A DNA stretch of 64,000 bases. Origin: Botryllus schlosseri (lineage: Eukaryota). Within the stretch, counting starts at the first letter, position 1. The number at the start of each line of letters is the position of its first letter. Location: contig CM119372.1 in NCBI GenBank assembly GCA_051294905.1, positions 13,642,001-13,706,000 on the forward strand, given 5' to 3'. Under the pieces are notes generated by a model. The model had not been told where the DNA came from, did no database searches, and saw only the letters and a program-made list of their open reading frames with translations. This document shows, one piece after another, positions 1 to 29,628 of this stretch. The translations under genes and the position numbers were made by a program.

Positions 1-3000
1 ACTTAAAACAAGGCAACAACACAAGAAGTGCTTATGAAGTGTTAAAATGACAGTGCCCGGTTCTATATATTCCTATTTATATTACAATACCTTTTCGGGG
101 AAGATAACATCGAGGTCGGAAAGCTGATGTAAATGGGTTCGAGAACTATTTCCTACAAATACGGATATATACGTGCGCACGCTAGATGTCGCTTTTCTCG
201 AATACGCCAGACGCAGTATTTATTCGTTCACAGCATCACACGGGAAGTTACTTTGACTGGCAGCTAGATGCTATCACTATTGACCAACCGAAATAGCCAT
301 TAGCGCTTGCCATGTAACATGACTGAATCCACAATTTGAAATATACGTTATATGCAGTGTCATTACGATTAGCATGCCCGGTGTTCACCACAGTTCATGC
401 AAAAATAATGATTACTGACTCAGTGTCTGCGTGTTACCAACACGTGTTGTTCCTGTATCACCGCTGCAGCTGGATCGTCCGAAGTCGGGGGAATGTAAGG
501 TGTCACTGTAGCGTATGACCCTATACGTTAAGCTCATGATTGTATGATACTACATGTACGTTACCTTTATATGTGATAACTACCAGCACAACGCTATACG
601 TCAGCGACCAGCGATAGGTTGACTTCAATCTGAAATTATGAGTATGGAGGATGGTCGAACGAGAACATATCACCATTAAGTAAAATGCAATGTGAGATGA
701 TCTGTCTTGTTCCGATTCGAAAACAAACGACTCCATGCCATTCTAACATGCCGTTCATTCTTTTCATGAATACAGAATTTATGACAGTCACCGCACTTTC
801 TGCAGATGGTCTCAAAATCCAGTTCAGATAAAAGATAGCAAGGGAACTGTCGCCAATCCGTTAGGGCCGCAAGGTTTTCAAATGCATCAATTGCTGGGCA
901 TATACTTATCACTAATAGAAAATGATTCAAAATATAAAGCAAGGTAGACGCTATAGATACGCCAACAAAAGGAGCATTTCAATGCCGTTCAGTGTCATCG
1001 TTGGTAAGCTCATTACTTACTCAGATTGTTATTGGTTCAAGTCAGCAGTCCATACTGCCGGTGGTTATGTAGCTGCAATGCTCCTCACCTTTCGGTCATT
1101 CCAGTTTCCTAAATACGTCATATAATAGATTGCGCACGTCTTGAAAATCACGGAATTTCCTCGTGGAATCATTTCGCAAAAGGCATTTGCAGTTGTGCGA
1201 TTTCGAATTCAAAACTAGGGTGTACTGCACTCGTTGGTTTTGCAATAATTTTCGTAGCACAGCACGCCTCGCGTAATGGCATTTCGTGAATGCTAGCAGC
1301 GGAATAGCCTATGTAAAGTCGCGGCGCAAAAATCGTTATCTTAGTTTCGTACGCAGATACTTTCCTGAAATTGATTATGCGTTAGTTTAGGCTTGTTTGC
1401 ATACTGAGGTGCAGGTATAATTAAAAATATATGCGTTTTGCTGTAAGGAGACGCCTTGTACTAATGAGATATTAACTCGAAAAGAATTCATAGCGGGCAC
1501 GTGGAGGTAAATGAAAAGGTTGCGTAATGCGTTCTTTTCGGATATCAACTCTTTCTTGCCGATTTTGATGATGTCATCCAGCAATTGGAAATTTACACGC
1601 TATATCTTTATGTATAATAACATATATGAATCCGACACCTGATGACAACGTTTAATAGCGAATATTTTGAATCAACAGTTCGGATTAACAATCAACATAT
1701 GACTTGTGCCCAAAATATAGCTTATTGTAAAGTGCTAGAAATCCACCCTTAACATATATAATAATATGGACAAACGTCGTAGCCATTAAAAATCCATTGG
1801 TTTAATTTTTAGTTTGGCAGTAGCATTTTTCTACGTGTCATTGTCACGTGTCAATTCATTCCAACTAGAGACTGCAATTGTTAGCTGTTATCGTTCGGTA
1901 AAACTTCTCTCTGCTATTAATGATATTGATATGTTGATAACATAACACTAATATTTTATCAAACACAAAGTATTACCAGACCTGGATCCTATACCTAAAG
2001 ACGCATTTTCAAGTTCTTTAAGATATGGAATTTCCACATTGTTTCGTAATGCGGTGGAGAAATGTTAGATGTGTTATATATATCGCGCTCTTATACATAA
2101 GAGAATATTGGTCCGTCAAATCCGTAGGAACTACGTAAAATATTTTTAAAAAATAGTCAGTCTCTGAGGCGGCCCACTGTTCATTTATAAATACGAGGTT
2201 GTCGGCATATTCAGCGTTATAGCATCGATGTAAAGATTGAGCATCTCATCGGCTCTGTGAAATGATAGTTACTTGAGTTGAGTACAGGACAGTATCACTG
2301 CGTTTCAGTATGATTCGTCTTGTCAGTATGCTGTAGAGAACGTCTGGTCTTTAACTCCCGGCAATATGCTTGTTAAAGATTTTGGTGTTATGGAATATAA
2401 GCCATGGTAATACCGATTTGTAACCGAGCAGAAAGGCGGATATGACAGATATATCACGCAGAACCATGTAGTAATTCCGCAACTTCCATACGTTACTTTT
2501 CACGATTAGCATAATAGCTGCGACGCCTCACTGCCACGATAATAGCGACGCCAGGGAATCTAGGACAAACAAACTCACCAACTATCCCATCAACCGGCGT
2601 TTAATTTGATCGACTATAAAATAAGAGAAGATAGCGCTTATTTCCATTCTTTCGGCGATTAAAAATTAGTAACAAACGCCGGCCGCCTGACACAAAGTTT
2701 GCCGATGATATTAAATCCTGGGATCGATGTCAATCGCGAGCGACCTAACCGCAATTCTGGCGCGTGCGTCGCTGATGCGTAACGTATTATTTCGGATTAG
2801 TTAGTACCATCATCAGGCTACTGCAATAGATCTTCAAAGGGCGCCGCAGGTGTGAAAACGACCATCGTCAAACTAGTTTTTAAGAGATTTGCGTAAAGGC
2901 TTATGCAGCGGTTGCGAAGTTGGTTTCTGCTATATTAAGTTGGTAACAGACAGTGTGGGTTGCCTCACGAATTCTCAATAAACCTTGTTCGCTCTGAAGT

Positions 3001-3011
3001 ACGCTGTAAAG

Positions 3012-3626
3012 CAGGGGCGGCCAACCCGTGGCCTGCGAGAAGGTTTTGAGTGGCCCACGGGGTAACTTTCGAAATTAGTAGTGTTATCAAAAATGGACTG
3101 CCCAGATTGTGAACTTGCGAGAGCAACAGAAAATTTGATTAGTCTGGCCTCAACACTTGGGATGTGAAGACTAAAAATATCAGTTCCGACGCACTGGCAG
3201 ATTCATGGGCCAGTCACATTTCACTCGATTTCAAGCTTTTAATATATTGCTACCCCCTCCCGACAATGAAAGAACGCCTGGAGTACCAGATTGAGTCTAA
3301 CTCTAACTATATTCGCAATTACGAAAGTGTCTTCCAACATGAGACCTTGCGATTGTGCTCACAGAAAGACCGTCGACGATGAAACCTAGGCAAAAATGAT
3401 TTCCGCACGTTAGCCGAAGCATTTGATATCGATATGTCCAGGCGGCGAATAGTCCAATCCTTGCGAACTTAGCGCAGCGATATACAGCAGACCCGCGAAA
3501 TACTCAAGTAACAATATTATCGACCAATAAACTTTGAAAAATTTTCGCGCTTGGCGCGGCTAGTAGCCCGCGCGCTGGCTCGTCAATTGCATGTGTCCCT
3601 TTAGCCGAAAAGGCTGCCCATCCCTG
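3012..3626. mobile_element. Non-autonomous hAT (Charlie-like) element
   Basis: CAGGGGCGGCCAACC...GGCTGCCCATCCCTG termini; 8-bp TSD CTGTAAAG/CCGTAAAG. Confidence 0.75.
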
Positions 3627-3866
3627 CCGTAAAGGAACATGTTATATTTCGCCGATTTCCCTCATACCGAAAGGTTCAAATCAGGTACACGATTTTTTTC
3701 TCACACTCATTCCAGTGGGTGAAAACGAGTTAAATACACAATTTCTTATGACGATATACATCCCAGGGGTGGAGTGGAGTGGGTTCTGTGGACAAAGCTG
3801 ATACACTCGTTTCCACCACTGGGATGGAGGCGAAAGCAAGATGTGACACCAGAAAGTGCCGCTAAC

Positions 3867-4138
3867 GTTTGTTTGTGGTATTCATGGTGTTTGTCGACTA
3901 ATATGGTCATCTACACCGCAGGCCGATATTGTTCATTATTTTCCGTAACTGCCGACTTATAGCACAGCCCACCTCTAGGCTTTTTGTAAGACAGCGCTTA
4001 CGCGGATGAGGTGGCGAGGAGGAGCTTAGGTAAACCTCCAACACTTAGGTATCGGAATTCTGAAGTTGGCCTCGGTCGGACTCGAACCAGCACCCATTGG
4101 TGTTGCAGCCGCGGATTATACGACTGCGCTATCTGGCC
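3867..4138 (-). mobile_element. tRNA-derived SINE, full-length copy
   Basis: The minus strand reads GGCCAGATAGCGCAGTCGT (A box)...GGTTCGAGTCC (B box), then a body ending in a (CAAA)n tail. The body recurs at 22203-22363. Confidence 0.75.
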
Positions 4139-5284
4139 ACCTGCCGCCGTCGTGATTTATTGAACCTGATTCGAGTTCGATGATATATCTCACCGCCAAG
4201 ACGACTCAGAGGTTTCCGGTTCAGCAGTACTGCCATGTTTTCTCGTACCTCTGAAATGGAGGGTGCAAGTGCAGATTTCAATAGGGATAGTACAATAATA
4301 AGAATATAAAGAGGACCGCAACCTAAAATAATTTACACATAACAGTTCCGGTGGTTTCGTGAAGGAGGTGTGAACGCAAATGATCGTGCGATGTATCCGA
4401 CAGCATATATATATAGGTATACCTTGCCCGCTGCACCAATCGCTCCTACTTTTGTAATAGGAACAGTCGGGGCTTCTCCTGATCCGCTTACATGGCGCCG
4501 CTCACCACAGCCTTATCGGGTTTTGATATATTGCTATCAGGGAATTGTTGAATGAATGACGTTCGGCGCGTGATTCTATATAAGAGTGTCGCGCAAGAGG
4601 ATCCCAAAGGAAGGAAAATACATATCGAATGACGGCCTACCGCCGCAAGGTGTAATAAATTACCAGAACCTGGCGCGCGGCTCAGGGCCGTCAGCTCAAA
4701 ACTAAGTTACAGGAAGCGGAGCGTTGTCGTTCTTTTTTGGCTAGTCGATGATAAAACCCGATTATTGTAAAGGCATAAGGTTTCTTTTGTAATTATACGG
4801 CAATCTTCCACGGCGGTTTCGTATAGACGGGTTAAAATCAAAACGGACTATATTGTTCCCTAGCGAAGCTACAATGTCGGGGGATTCCGCGACGTTGCGA
4901 GACCATTGTTTTGCGCAGTGTCAATCATTATCAACCTGTCACACGACTGAGTCTGGCTTGACACGCGTCAAAGAGAGACCGACGTAGACGTGCGAAACGG
5001 ATACGGTGTACCTGAAAGATTAGTGTGATGATCACGCTACATGTTCTGGTTAATTTTGCTTCAGAGCAGATGCACAGCCGCGCGCGGTCGTAAACACAGA
5101 TTACAAACGATTTCAAATACGATATGACATTATGAACGCTAATAATATCAAATGATCTGCGAAAAATATCGAATGCCCTATTTCTATTATCACAGTTGCA
5201 GAGAGACTGCATATACACTGAATCTTGGCATAACACGATGGCACCAAATACCCAATTTGTTGGCCGCATTCCTCATCTTGTAGC

Positions 5285-21117
<15,833 letters not shown>

Positions 21118-22070
21118 GAGAGCGTTTCGCCTCGCGTGCATAGCAACGCGCGGATTATGACATACATATTATTGCGTATTATTCTCGCCGTCTCGTGTAA
21201 TCAGGCGATGGACATTTCTTGAACTTTTTAGGCAGTTATGTGATTCTTGCCGTTCTCGTAGTTTACAGTGAGCTGCGGAGTCCTGCTTAAAGTTATCAAC
21301 TTGAGAGAATTGCTGGATTCCTCAAGAAACATATATATCTACTTCGATACTTGTTTTTGTACGTTTTATTATTAATTTTATCTGTGTATCGTAACCGGTT
21401 TTCTCATCGATCGCTTCCACGCTTTGGCAGAATCACCATATAGTCTTGCATACGCTTTGCATGGCGTGCTTTAATTATAACTATATAATCTGCCTGGCAT
21501 GAAAAATCTTTTAAAAAACACAAAAAATAATCACAGCCATAAGGCTAATTCGTTAATTGAAAACACTGTCAAAGACGTAAAACGATGAAGGTTATTTCTT
21601 ACATTCGATGCCGCTATTCTTCAATTTTAGAAATCACTGTGGCTGGACTGAAGTCAACAGCATATGTCTTCACCAACCTCGTAATTTTGATTAAAACAAA
21701 TGCAATGTAGAACTAGATCATTTGATTACTGACTCGTGACAGTGAGCTCAACGTACTATAGGCAACTTCCAACAAATCTTACATATTCCTATCAATTCTA
21801 GGTCTAGCACTCATTAAAATAGCTCTCAGTAGACACCACGGACCGCCGTTACAAGTTGGCATTCCATAACTATGCTTTGCCGTTCTTCTTCCGTTCAATA
21901 AGGCATACGTAGCCAGTACTTTCCAAACCTACTGAGTTATTCAACCATTTTTCAATAACAGGATCTGCTTTGTATCTTCAGTATAAGCCCTACCACGCTA
22001 AGTTGTTATTTTGTACGAAAAGAATCATTTGGATATCATGTTATTTTGGCAAATGTAGGACGTAGAGTGC

Positions 22071-22076
22071 AATAAA
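22071..22076 (+). terminator. Probable polyadenylation signal of ZEB (3' UTR about 0.95 kb)
   Basis: AATAAA followed by a U/GU-rich tract, just upstream of where the repeat-dense region begins. Confidence 0.5.
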
Positions 22077-22202
22077 CCAAAATTATATATTTCTCGTCTT
22101 CTGGTTTGGTAGTCTGCTATTGAATGGAGTCGATATTGTTGTCATAGTGCATACCTTAAGTCACCAGTAGGTGCACTGCAAAGTTAAGGGGGACGAACTG
22201 CA

Positions 22203-22363
22203 GCTTACCTCCTCCTCGCTACCTCCTCCTCGTAAGCGGTGTCTTACAAAAAGCCTAGAAGTGGGCCGTGCTATAAGTTGGCAGTTACGGAATAAAAATT
22301 ATGAATATCGGCCTGGTGTAAATGACCATAGCAGTCGAAAAACACCAATAATACCACAAAAAA
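22203..22363 (+). mobile_element. 5'-truncated copy of the SINE at 3867-4138
   Basis: GTCTTACAAAAAGCCTAGA..GTGCTATAAGT.GGCAGTTACGGAA..TATCGGCCT..ATACCACAAAA matches the reverse complement of about 3870-4030. Confidence 0.7.
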
Positions 22364-22613
22364 ACTGCAGCTTAGTTTCTAGCTTATTGCATTTGTTAAT
22401 TACGATGGTAGCCTATGCCGAGCAGTCGGTAGGTCGCGTGGACATTACCTCAGCACTAGGCTAACTAGTACCTACCGTTGACTGCAAATTTTTGCTTTTA
22501 TCACCTTTGAAGACATCCCTTCAATTAAAATTATTGTCATTTAGATGCGAATGAATATGGTTGTTATCCACAAGTAGAATGTTGAATTCACGCAACATGA
22601 TATATATCCGTGT

Positions 22614-23231
22614 CAGTGGTTCTCTACATTTTCAGCATGCGGAGCGGTAACAAAAATCAACCCGGAATGTGATTACGACAAAAGAATGCAACTCAAAACT
22701 AAATATTCGAACTTGAAATTCATTAGAAATTTTTACCACTGGTTCTTGGTACTATACACCTGTTGTGGGTGATTCTTTTCGTGTTTCCAAAGGGCAAAGC
22801 TAAACCATCAACTCGATTTGAATGTCGGGTTTCTTTGAAAATTATTGCGACTTCGCTGTTTGCTGGAGAGAGTCTTTATTTTCATCCAACCAAAATACTA
22901 ATATGCTAATATACTGTCAAATGTCACTAAATTGTGCTGTCAACTTTCGTTTAAAGCTGTTCTTACATTTCATATTTTACTGGTCACGAGTTGTTGAGTA
23001 CATTTCAACAATTTCATACAACACTTGCAGCATTGTGACGTAGGATAAGTCGAAAGTAGACCATGAACTCTGTATCATCTCATAACGTGTTTTATATTTT
23101 TATTTTACTAAATAATTATTTCAACTTCTAACATGTTACAATTGAGAATTAAACTGAAATGTATTTTGCGGGCCGGTTGGAAGGTATAGCAGGCAGGCAC
23201 CGGCCGACAGACAGGTGGCTGAGAACCACTA
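22614..23231. mobile_element. hAT-type MITE
   Basis: CAGTGGTTCTC...GAGAACCACTA ends; TSD not recovered. Confidence 0.5.
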
Positions 23232-23234
23232 GTA

Positions 23235-24342
23235 TAGGGTTACCATATTTCTTCGAACCAAATTCCGGACACTCTTCAGCGCCCACTAGTGGATTTCAAA
23301 TAAGCTATGACGTCACACCATAAACCAGAGGTGGTGACGATCCGGTTCCGGAGTATGCGGCTGTGTGTTGTGTAACCGGGACCGAAAGCACTATTTTTCA
23401 GCATCTTCCCGCCCAAATAAACAATGATTTTGAGCCCACGCTATGGGGTAATCGATGCAACTTCTAGGGTGCTTGTCATATGAATCTGGTTACTATATGC
23501 GTCTGGTCGTTAAATTTTTTTAATGAATTCTGTCAATAATATTGGTTGTTCCATATATTACTACATAGATACTATACTCTCCGCCCACATGATCAGAGTT
23601 AGCGGTAGAGCTGGTGGAGGATGATGAGTTCGAAAACACAGGGAGCGTAATTGTACATCGCGTCATGTTCATGTCCTACGATAAGATTGTTTATCAGCCT
23701 TAATCCGGTGTGCAGCTGTGCACCACGGAGCTTTATAAACACCCCAGATCCAGTGGTTTCCAACCTTTCATGGTCGCGACTCCATCTCCAATTTGAAAAT
23801 GTTCCGTGACCCAGATCAAAATTTGACGCGTTGATTATTAAAAGAAGTCAGCACCTTTGCCCAGACTTACTCACGGGCTATTTTGGAAGCTGATTACGTT
23901 CAACATATTCGCAAACCCAGAATAAAGGCAAACGACCCCCACGTTTGGAACCACTATCTTTGAATAAAGCATTTAACTTTATCAATCTCTAGGAATATAC
24001 CGTTCTTCTATAATTGCGATTACAATTAGGCTTATTCCAGTAAATGAAGGTTGTTTTATTCATATTTTATTGCAGTCTTTGTGATGGTGGTAGTCGTAGT
24101 CGCCATATTAAAATCAATGGATGTGATAGTAAATCGCGTGCGGCGCGAAGAAAAATATCATGTATCAGCATAAATAGTCCCCAAAATAAAGTTTTTATGT
24201 TGATTTACGAAAAAATTATGAGCCTACGTCAAGTCTTCTAAATTCCGGACATTTGGCATATTTTAGAAATTCCTCCCGGACGCTAGCTTGAACAGTAAAA
24301 TTCCGGACATGTCCGGGAAATTCCGGACGTATGGCAACCCTA
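23235..24342. mobile_element. hAT MITE (TAGGGTTACCA / TTCCGGAC-repeat family) containing a small MITE at 23751-23956
   Basis: TAGGGTTACCATA...TATGGCAACCCTA; perfect TSD CACTAGTA. Inner element ends CAGTGGTTTCCAAC...GTTTGGAACCACTA. Confidence 0.8.
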
Positions 24343-24369
24343 CACTAGTATATAGAGCGTTATTGTCGA

Positions 24370-24954
24370 CAGGGTTGTAATGACTCGAGTCATGACTCGA
24401 CTCGAGTCACGATTTTTTGATGACTCGACTTGACTCGAGTCATTTTCTCAAAATACGGAAATGACTCGACTCGACTCGAGTCAATTTGTGTATTGACTCG
24501 ACTTGGACTCGAGTCATTGCGCATGACTCGAACCAAGTCATATGACTCGAGATTCAGCCGGCCAAGACCGACATTCTATTGTAATTTCGAAGAACAGTAA
24601 AGCAACAACTCTATTGGGATTACGTCTATTGGTACTGGTACTTGAAAATGCGACCAGAAACTGTTAAAAGTGTAGAAAATAAGTATATTATAAATGCGAA
24701 CCATTCGATATCACCAAACAGAGTTATAAGAGTAGCTTTAACAAGACTTTAACTGGAAACTGAGCAGTCAACACAATAACTTGGACTCGGACTCGAGTCA
24801 TAATACGACGACTCGGACTCGAACCTCTGCTCGATGACTTGGACTCGGACTTGACTCGGTAGTGAATCGAAAATGACTCGACTTGACTCGAGTCAAAACC
24901 GTAAAAGTGGGAATGACTTGTGAGTCGGAGCTTTGTGACTTGGTTACAACCCTG
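24370..24954. mobile_element. hAT MITE with GACTCGAGTC repeats
   Basis: CAGGGTTGTAA...TTACAACCCTG; perfect TSD ATTGTCGA. A sister copy lies at 55271-55800. Confidence 0.85.
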
Positions 24955-25241
24955 ATTGTCGATGCTGAGATGCATATTAGTCAGATTTAGTGGCATATTA
25001 TACATGATGTTCAATTGTTCATGCAACTTGCCCCGGTACACTTGAAGTACAGGAAATAGAAAATAGACACTCCCGAATGTTAAAATTTGCTGGTAAATAT
25101 GCTAACAATAATAACTGCAAACGTCAGAGGAAGCCAACAACAATAGTTTTTATCTTGTTAGGCTATCTTCTTCAGAAAAACAAAATCGAGTATGGATCTG
25201 ACCTCTGGCTCACGAATAACTCCCTTGTCATAAACCGTAGT

Positions 25242-26640
25242 AGTTTTTGTGATTTTTATTCAGGTATGTGCATAAAATAGCAATAATTTCATAAATGCAA
25301 ATCCATCAGTTTGGTTTGGCCCCATTATCGGTTCATCTCATCGCAGTTGTTGTCGATGCCGAATTTGCAGTTGAGGTTGTAGTAACGCTCTCGTATTCAA
25401 CATTTCATGCTGGTGACGTCACATTTTGTGCTACGATTGTTGATACGATGTTATTTTGAATTCTCTACTAGTTGCTGACGATTACCCCTGACGAGCGTCA
25501 GCCGAAAATATTCGGGTTCATTTCAATATCAATATACTATTCAATTGTATATTGAAGTTATGTACCTCCAAGAAGCTGTTCAAATATTAAATTTTTGTAT
25601 TCGTTATTTTTTTGATAGTTGCTGGGTGGTTTGGGCTGTGAGTTGGGTATTCGGCGAGGAGTGTTGGTGGGGGAGTGATATGGGTTGGGTAAGAGTTGAG
25701 AGGATTGAGGATTGCACGGGAGGTTAGGATGTTTGGGATACGTTGTGGGTGAAATAGTTTGGTTTTGTGGAGACTTTAGTTGGATTGGGCGTATTCGATT
25801 TGAATGTCGAGTGAATTTTCCATTCCCACACTAGAGTTTTGACGTTTATAAACGCTTTTATTTTTATCGGAGCTTGCGGCTTGTCGTATACGTTGCGTAT
25901 GATTTCGTCGGGTGTAGCGTCTATAGCCGTTTGCAGGTCGTTCGCGAGATCCTGTATGCCAAGAGAGAACAGTTTTTTGTAAGTTGTACATTTCGCGAAG
26001 TTATGGTGCAAACTATCTTCTTCGTACTATCAGAATTTTCATTTGTTTTTCTTCGCATCCAACCCGCGTTGGGTTTTCTGGAGCTCGTGAAGTAGCTCTC
26101 TGTGGTCATGCCTAACGAAACCTCACGTTGCTTGTTATCAATGTGATCTTTGATGTTGGATTGGTATAGCCATATTTCTTTCCAGTCCGTCCGTAGTCCG
26201 TTTTAGTGATGTTTATTCAAATATGTACATAAAATATCACAAATTTCATAAAGAAAATCTTTCCCCATGATCGGGTCATCTCGTCTCAGCCGTTGCCGAA
26301 GTTGGATTTGTATACGCGGTTGTAGTAGACGCCGTCGTAAGTTGGCGCTCGTAGTCGCTCGGCTCGTCTCATCGCAGCAGTCGATGTCGATTCGTGGTCA
26401 CGGTTGTAGTAGGAGCCGCCAGTACTTGGCGCTCGTTTGCGTTTGTTTTTCATATAAATTTGGTGGAGTGGTGGTGGGTTGGGGAAGGAATATGGTAAGG
26501 AGGGGGGTTGGTAGGTTGGGGGTGGGGGGAATTAGTGGTTTAGAGGTGGGGTACAGTGGGATGGGTTGGGAGGTTTGGGGGTTTGGGGTAGGTTCTAGGT
26601 GGATTCGTTGGGTTTTGTGGGTCGATAAATATAACACGAT
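25242..26640 (-). mobile_element. Degenerate tandem 3' ends of an L1/Tx1-like non-LTR element
   Basis: Minus-strand frames WKEIWLYQSNIKDHIDNKQREV..., LHHNFAKC...AFINVKTLVWEWK resemble the L1/Tx1 C-terminal region. Two C-rich UTR-like tracts each end in related AATAAA-containing segments (25242-25390 resembles 26200-26330). Confidence 0.35.
25484..25517 (+). ncRNA. Minimal type I hammerhead ribozyme motif (Penelope-type)
   Basis: ACCC-CUGACGA-GCGUCAGCC-GAAA-AUAU-UC^GGGU: conserved core, 4-bp stem I, palindromic AATATT in place of stem III. Predicted cleavage after C25513. Confidence 0.6.
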
Positions 26641-27239
26641 TTATCGCGCGAACGTTTAATGGGCTCGCTCAAGTTGTTCGGTATATTTTACTTCTTATAT
26701 CGTTGATGCGTTGGTCTATCTAAATGTCTTGCGACTGAATTTAGAGCAAACTACCGCAGCGTAGCAATGTCTCTACTACCCACTAGCGACATAGATATTG
26801 GTATCTATGCAGTTTAACCGATTCAGGAAGCCACCTATTATAGTCAACCAAAAAAGAGGACATTTTTGCGGGCAAGTAAAACGAAAGTAGCATTGCTACG
26901 TTTGATTGTGATGCAGTTTTCCATTTCTCTGGTACTTACAGGCGGTTCCCATAACTTTTGTCTACAAGGAATAGTTACTTTTAATCATTTGTTCGAACCA
27001 AACAGCTAAGCTACACTACAAATATTTTTAATTTTGTCAAGTGGGAAGCATCGTTTGGTCATATTTACATCAATTTTATAATTTTACAAAACCAGCCGAT
27101 GCAGTTGCTCTGTCACAGTATCCCGGTATAATTCAAAAAATTGCATCATTTTGACTGCAACGCGAAAATGCACATTGCGATTTTCTTTCTCTGTGCAACT
27201 GAACGGTAATTTGTAAGTAATGTCTAATTTTATCGATAT

Positions 27240-28090
27240 CAGGGGTGGCCAACTTTTTCGGAAAAAGGGACACATGAGATTTACGAAGCTTTGCGCGGGC
27301 AACTGGAATATTGACAACCTTTTTTTAGTCATCCGATAGGAGCGAGCCGAATTAGGTAACATTGCAAACAAGACTTATATTACTACGCTCTAAAATTGAT
27401 AACAATTATGTCATGAAACTGTGCAGTATGTAGTCACGACCTGATCGCGCAACGCGCGAAATGTTTTTAAAAGGAATGACTGAATTCTATCAATAAATAT
27501 GTTACTAACTTATATTGGGGGTCGCATCTGTATACCATTGGGCTCATTCGGCAAGGACAGGATTATTCGACATTAAGACGTAGAAATATCGACGGTTTCG
27601 GTGAAAATGTGTCTATCATATTGTGCAAATGTGTCGTCGTCGACGATCTCGCTGCGAGTACACAAGCGAAGCCGCATGTTGGAGGACACGTTATCTCCTA
27701 AGCGCGAATATAGTGACACACAATTATGTTAATAACATGTATTTATAATTTTTTAGAAGGGGGCTCCAATACTGAATGCAAGAAATCTAGTGACAATAAA
27801 TCATGCGAAGTGCCGAGAAAAATTTCAAGTCAAATAAATCTGCTACGAAATATTCTACTTTATGGTCATATACGAAGATCTGGGATAAATGTGGCTGGCC
27901 CCTGGATACGCCAATGCGTCAGAGCTGATGTTTTAGTCATCATCAAATTTCGCGATCAGGCTAATCAAATTTTGGTTTGCCTTGCAATTTTACCTGATGT
28001 TATAAATAATTTCGAGAATGACCTCGCAGGCCACACAAAACCTTCTCGCGGGCCACATTTGGCCTGTATGCCACGGGTTGGCCGCACCTG
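27240..28090. mobile_element. hAT-type MITE
   Basis: CAGGGGTGGCCAAC...GTTGGCCGCACCTG termini; TSD degenerate. Confidence 0.6.
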
Positions 28091-28180
28091 ATATGTATGG
28101 GTATTAATAACAGTGATTGGTGGTACATAAAAATTATATTGAAAATCCTTTGAAAGCAATTGTTTTCATGATAGACAAGT

Positions 28181-28341
28181 TGGAGTCGGAGTCGGAGTTG
28201 AAGTCAGGGTCATTTTCACAAACTCCGACTCCGACTCCAGTCATTATAGTTTTCTCGATTCCGCCTACGACTCCACCAAGCGAAAATTAGCCAAACTCCG
28301 ACTCCGACTCCACCGACTCCGACTCTGACTCCACAGCCCTG
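28181..28341. repeat. GGAGTC/GACTCC-repeat MITE remnant
   Basis: (GGAGTC)n facing (GACTCC)n, ending CAGCCCTG. Confidence 0.55.
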
Positions 28342-29628
28342 ACCGCAAGTTGCCAATGTAGCGAAATATACTCTATGTATGCAGACTGCAGAGTTTGTCA
28401 GAGATTAACTACTTTAAAATTTTTCGAAGTACCCATGTCGCTACGTCTAATTCTACTTGAGTAGATCTCCTGACTGCTCTGATCACCTCCATATGCACAT
28501 GACTCAATGTAAGCGCGGATTTTGAGCAATGGTCATCGAGAATAGTATATAGCCTACTTGAGATTTCTATTGTATTTCAATGACTTATATCGATTTCAGG
28601 ATCTCCAGCATCTTTATACAGTAGGTGTGTTCAAAAATGACTTTTTTTCTCACATTCCACTGACCACTTGACAAAATTGTTAGGTTATCTAATTGAAGCC
28701 TGCACGCCAAATTTGGTTCACTTCCAACCAGTAGCCGCATTGCTACAGGAGAAGAATTTTTATTTATTTAATATACAAGAATGAATATAAAAAAATTTGT
28801 CGTACGTTGTTCTACCGTCCGATAAAGTGAGACTAAGTATCCAATGTCTATAAACGTTCATATGTTATGAGATCTCATAATTACATGATGGGCATTTACC
28901 GTTGGAAACTGCGAGAGTACACTGTTAAAAATATTCTATGCCAAATTACTGGTCTGGTCCTGGCAGCAGTTTTACGACTCTGAGACCAGTAAATTTGAAA
29001 AATATTTTCCCGTAAATATTATTGACCGTAATTTATTTTACAAATACTGACTGTTAAAATTTTTACGGAATACTCCCGTTACTTGATGTAACGGAAAACG
29101 GCTGTAATACCAAGTTACTGGTCTAGTCCAGTGCAGCAGTTTTACGCTGATGAGACCAGTAAATTCGAAATAACTCTCCCCGTAATATGATTTTACATAT
29201 GCTGACCGTAGGAAATTTTACGGAACATTTTCGTAACCTAAGGTAACAGAAATCTGCTGTAATATCAATATACTCGTCTGGTCCCTTGCAGCAGTTTTAC
29301 GTTCCTGAGACCAGTAAATTTGAATCAGGTTTATTTGGTGCGGGAACACGTAAAAAAAAAAGTAAGTGTGGATAATGACGGAAATCCAGTCTTTCTTGTG
29401 GAGATCATCGGTCAGCAACTGCCTGAATGAAGAGGGCTTCGTCAAAACTTCAGCAGCAGTTAAAGGACTGTACTTTGGGCCATGCTCTTTTGTAGGTTCT
29501 TCTATAATCTGAACAAAGATTATGCTGTCATCAACACCGTTACAATTTGGAAACTTCGAGACGCTATAGTATGACATACTGCGACTTTTCATATTCTTGT
29601 CAATTTCTCAAATAATGATGGCCTAGGA

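Noticed and set aside
2785..2820. Minus-strand CTGATGA...GAAA
   Set aside because: It lacks the purine-pyrimidine pair closing stem II and has no supporting stems.
4066..4138. Functional tRNA gene (also 31081-31145)
   Set aside because: A/B boxes are present, but there is no convincing cloverleaf or terminator, and each runs into a repeated SINE body.
21118..22076. miR-200/miR-8 sites in the ZEB 3' UTR
   Set aside because: I saw no CAGTATT or CAGTGTT 7-mer by eye, only a partial CAGTAT near 21979.
29140..29186. Hammerhead-like CTGATGAG...CGAAA
   Set aside because: Stem I is out of register, and the two sister repeat units lack CTGATGA.
28946..29325. CRISPR-like spaced repeats (also 36750-36880 and the GACTC arrays)
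   Set aside because: Eukaryotic context, no cas genes, and degenerate units with related spacers; these are subterminal transposon repeats.
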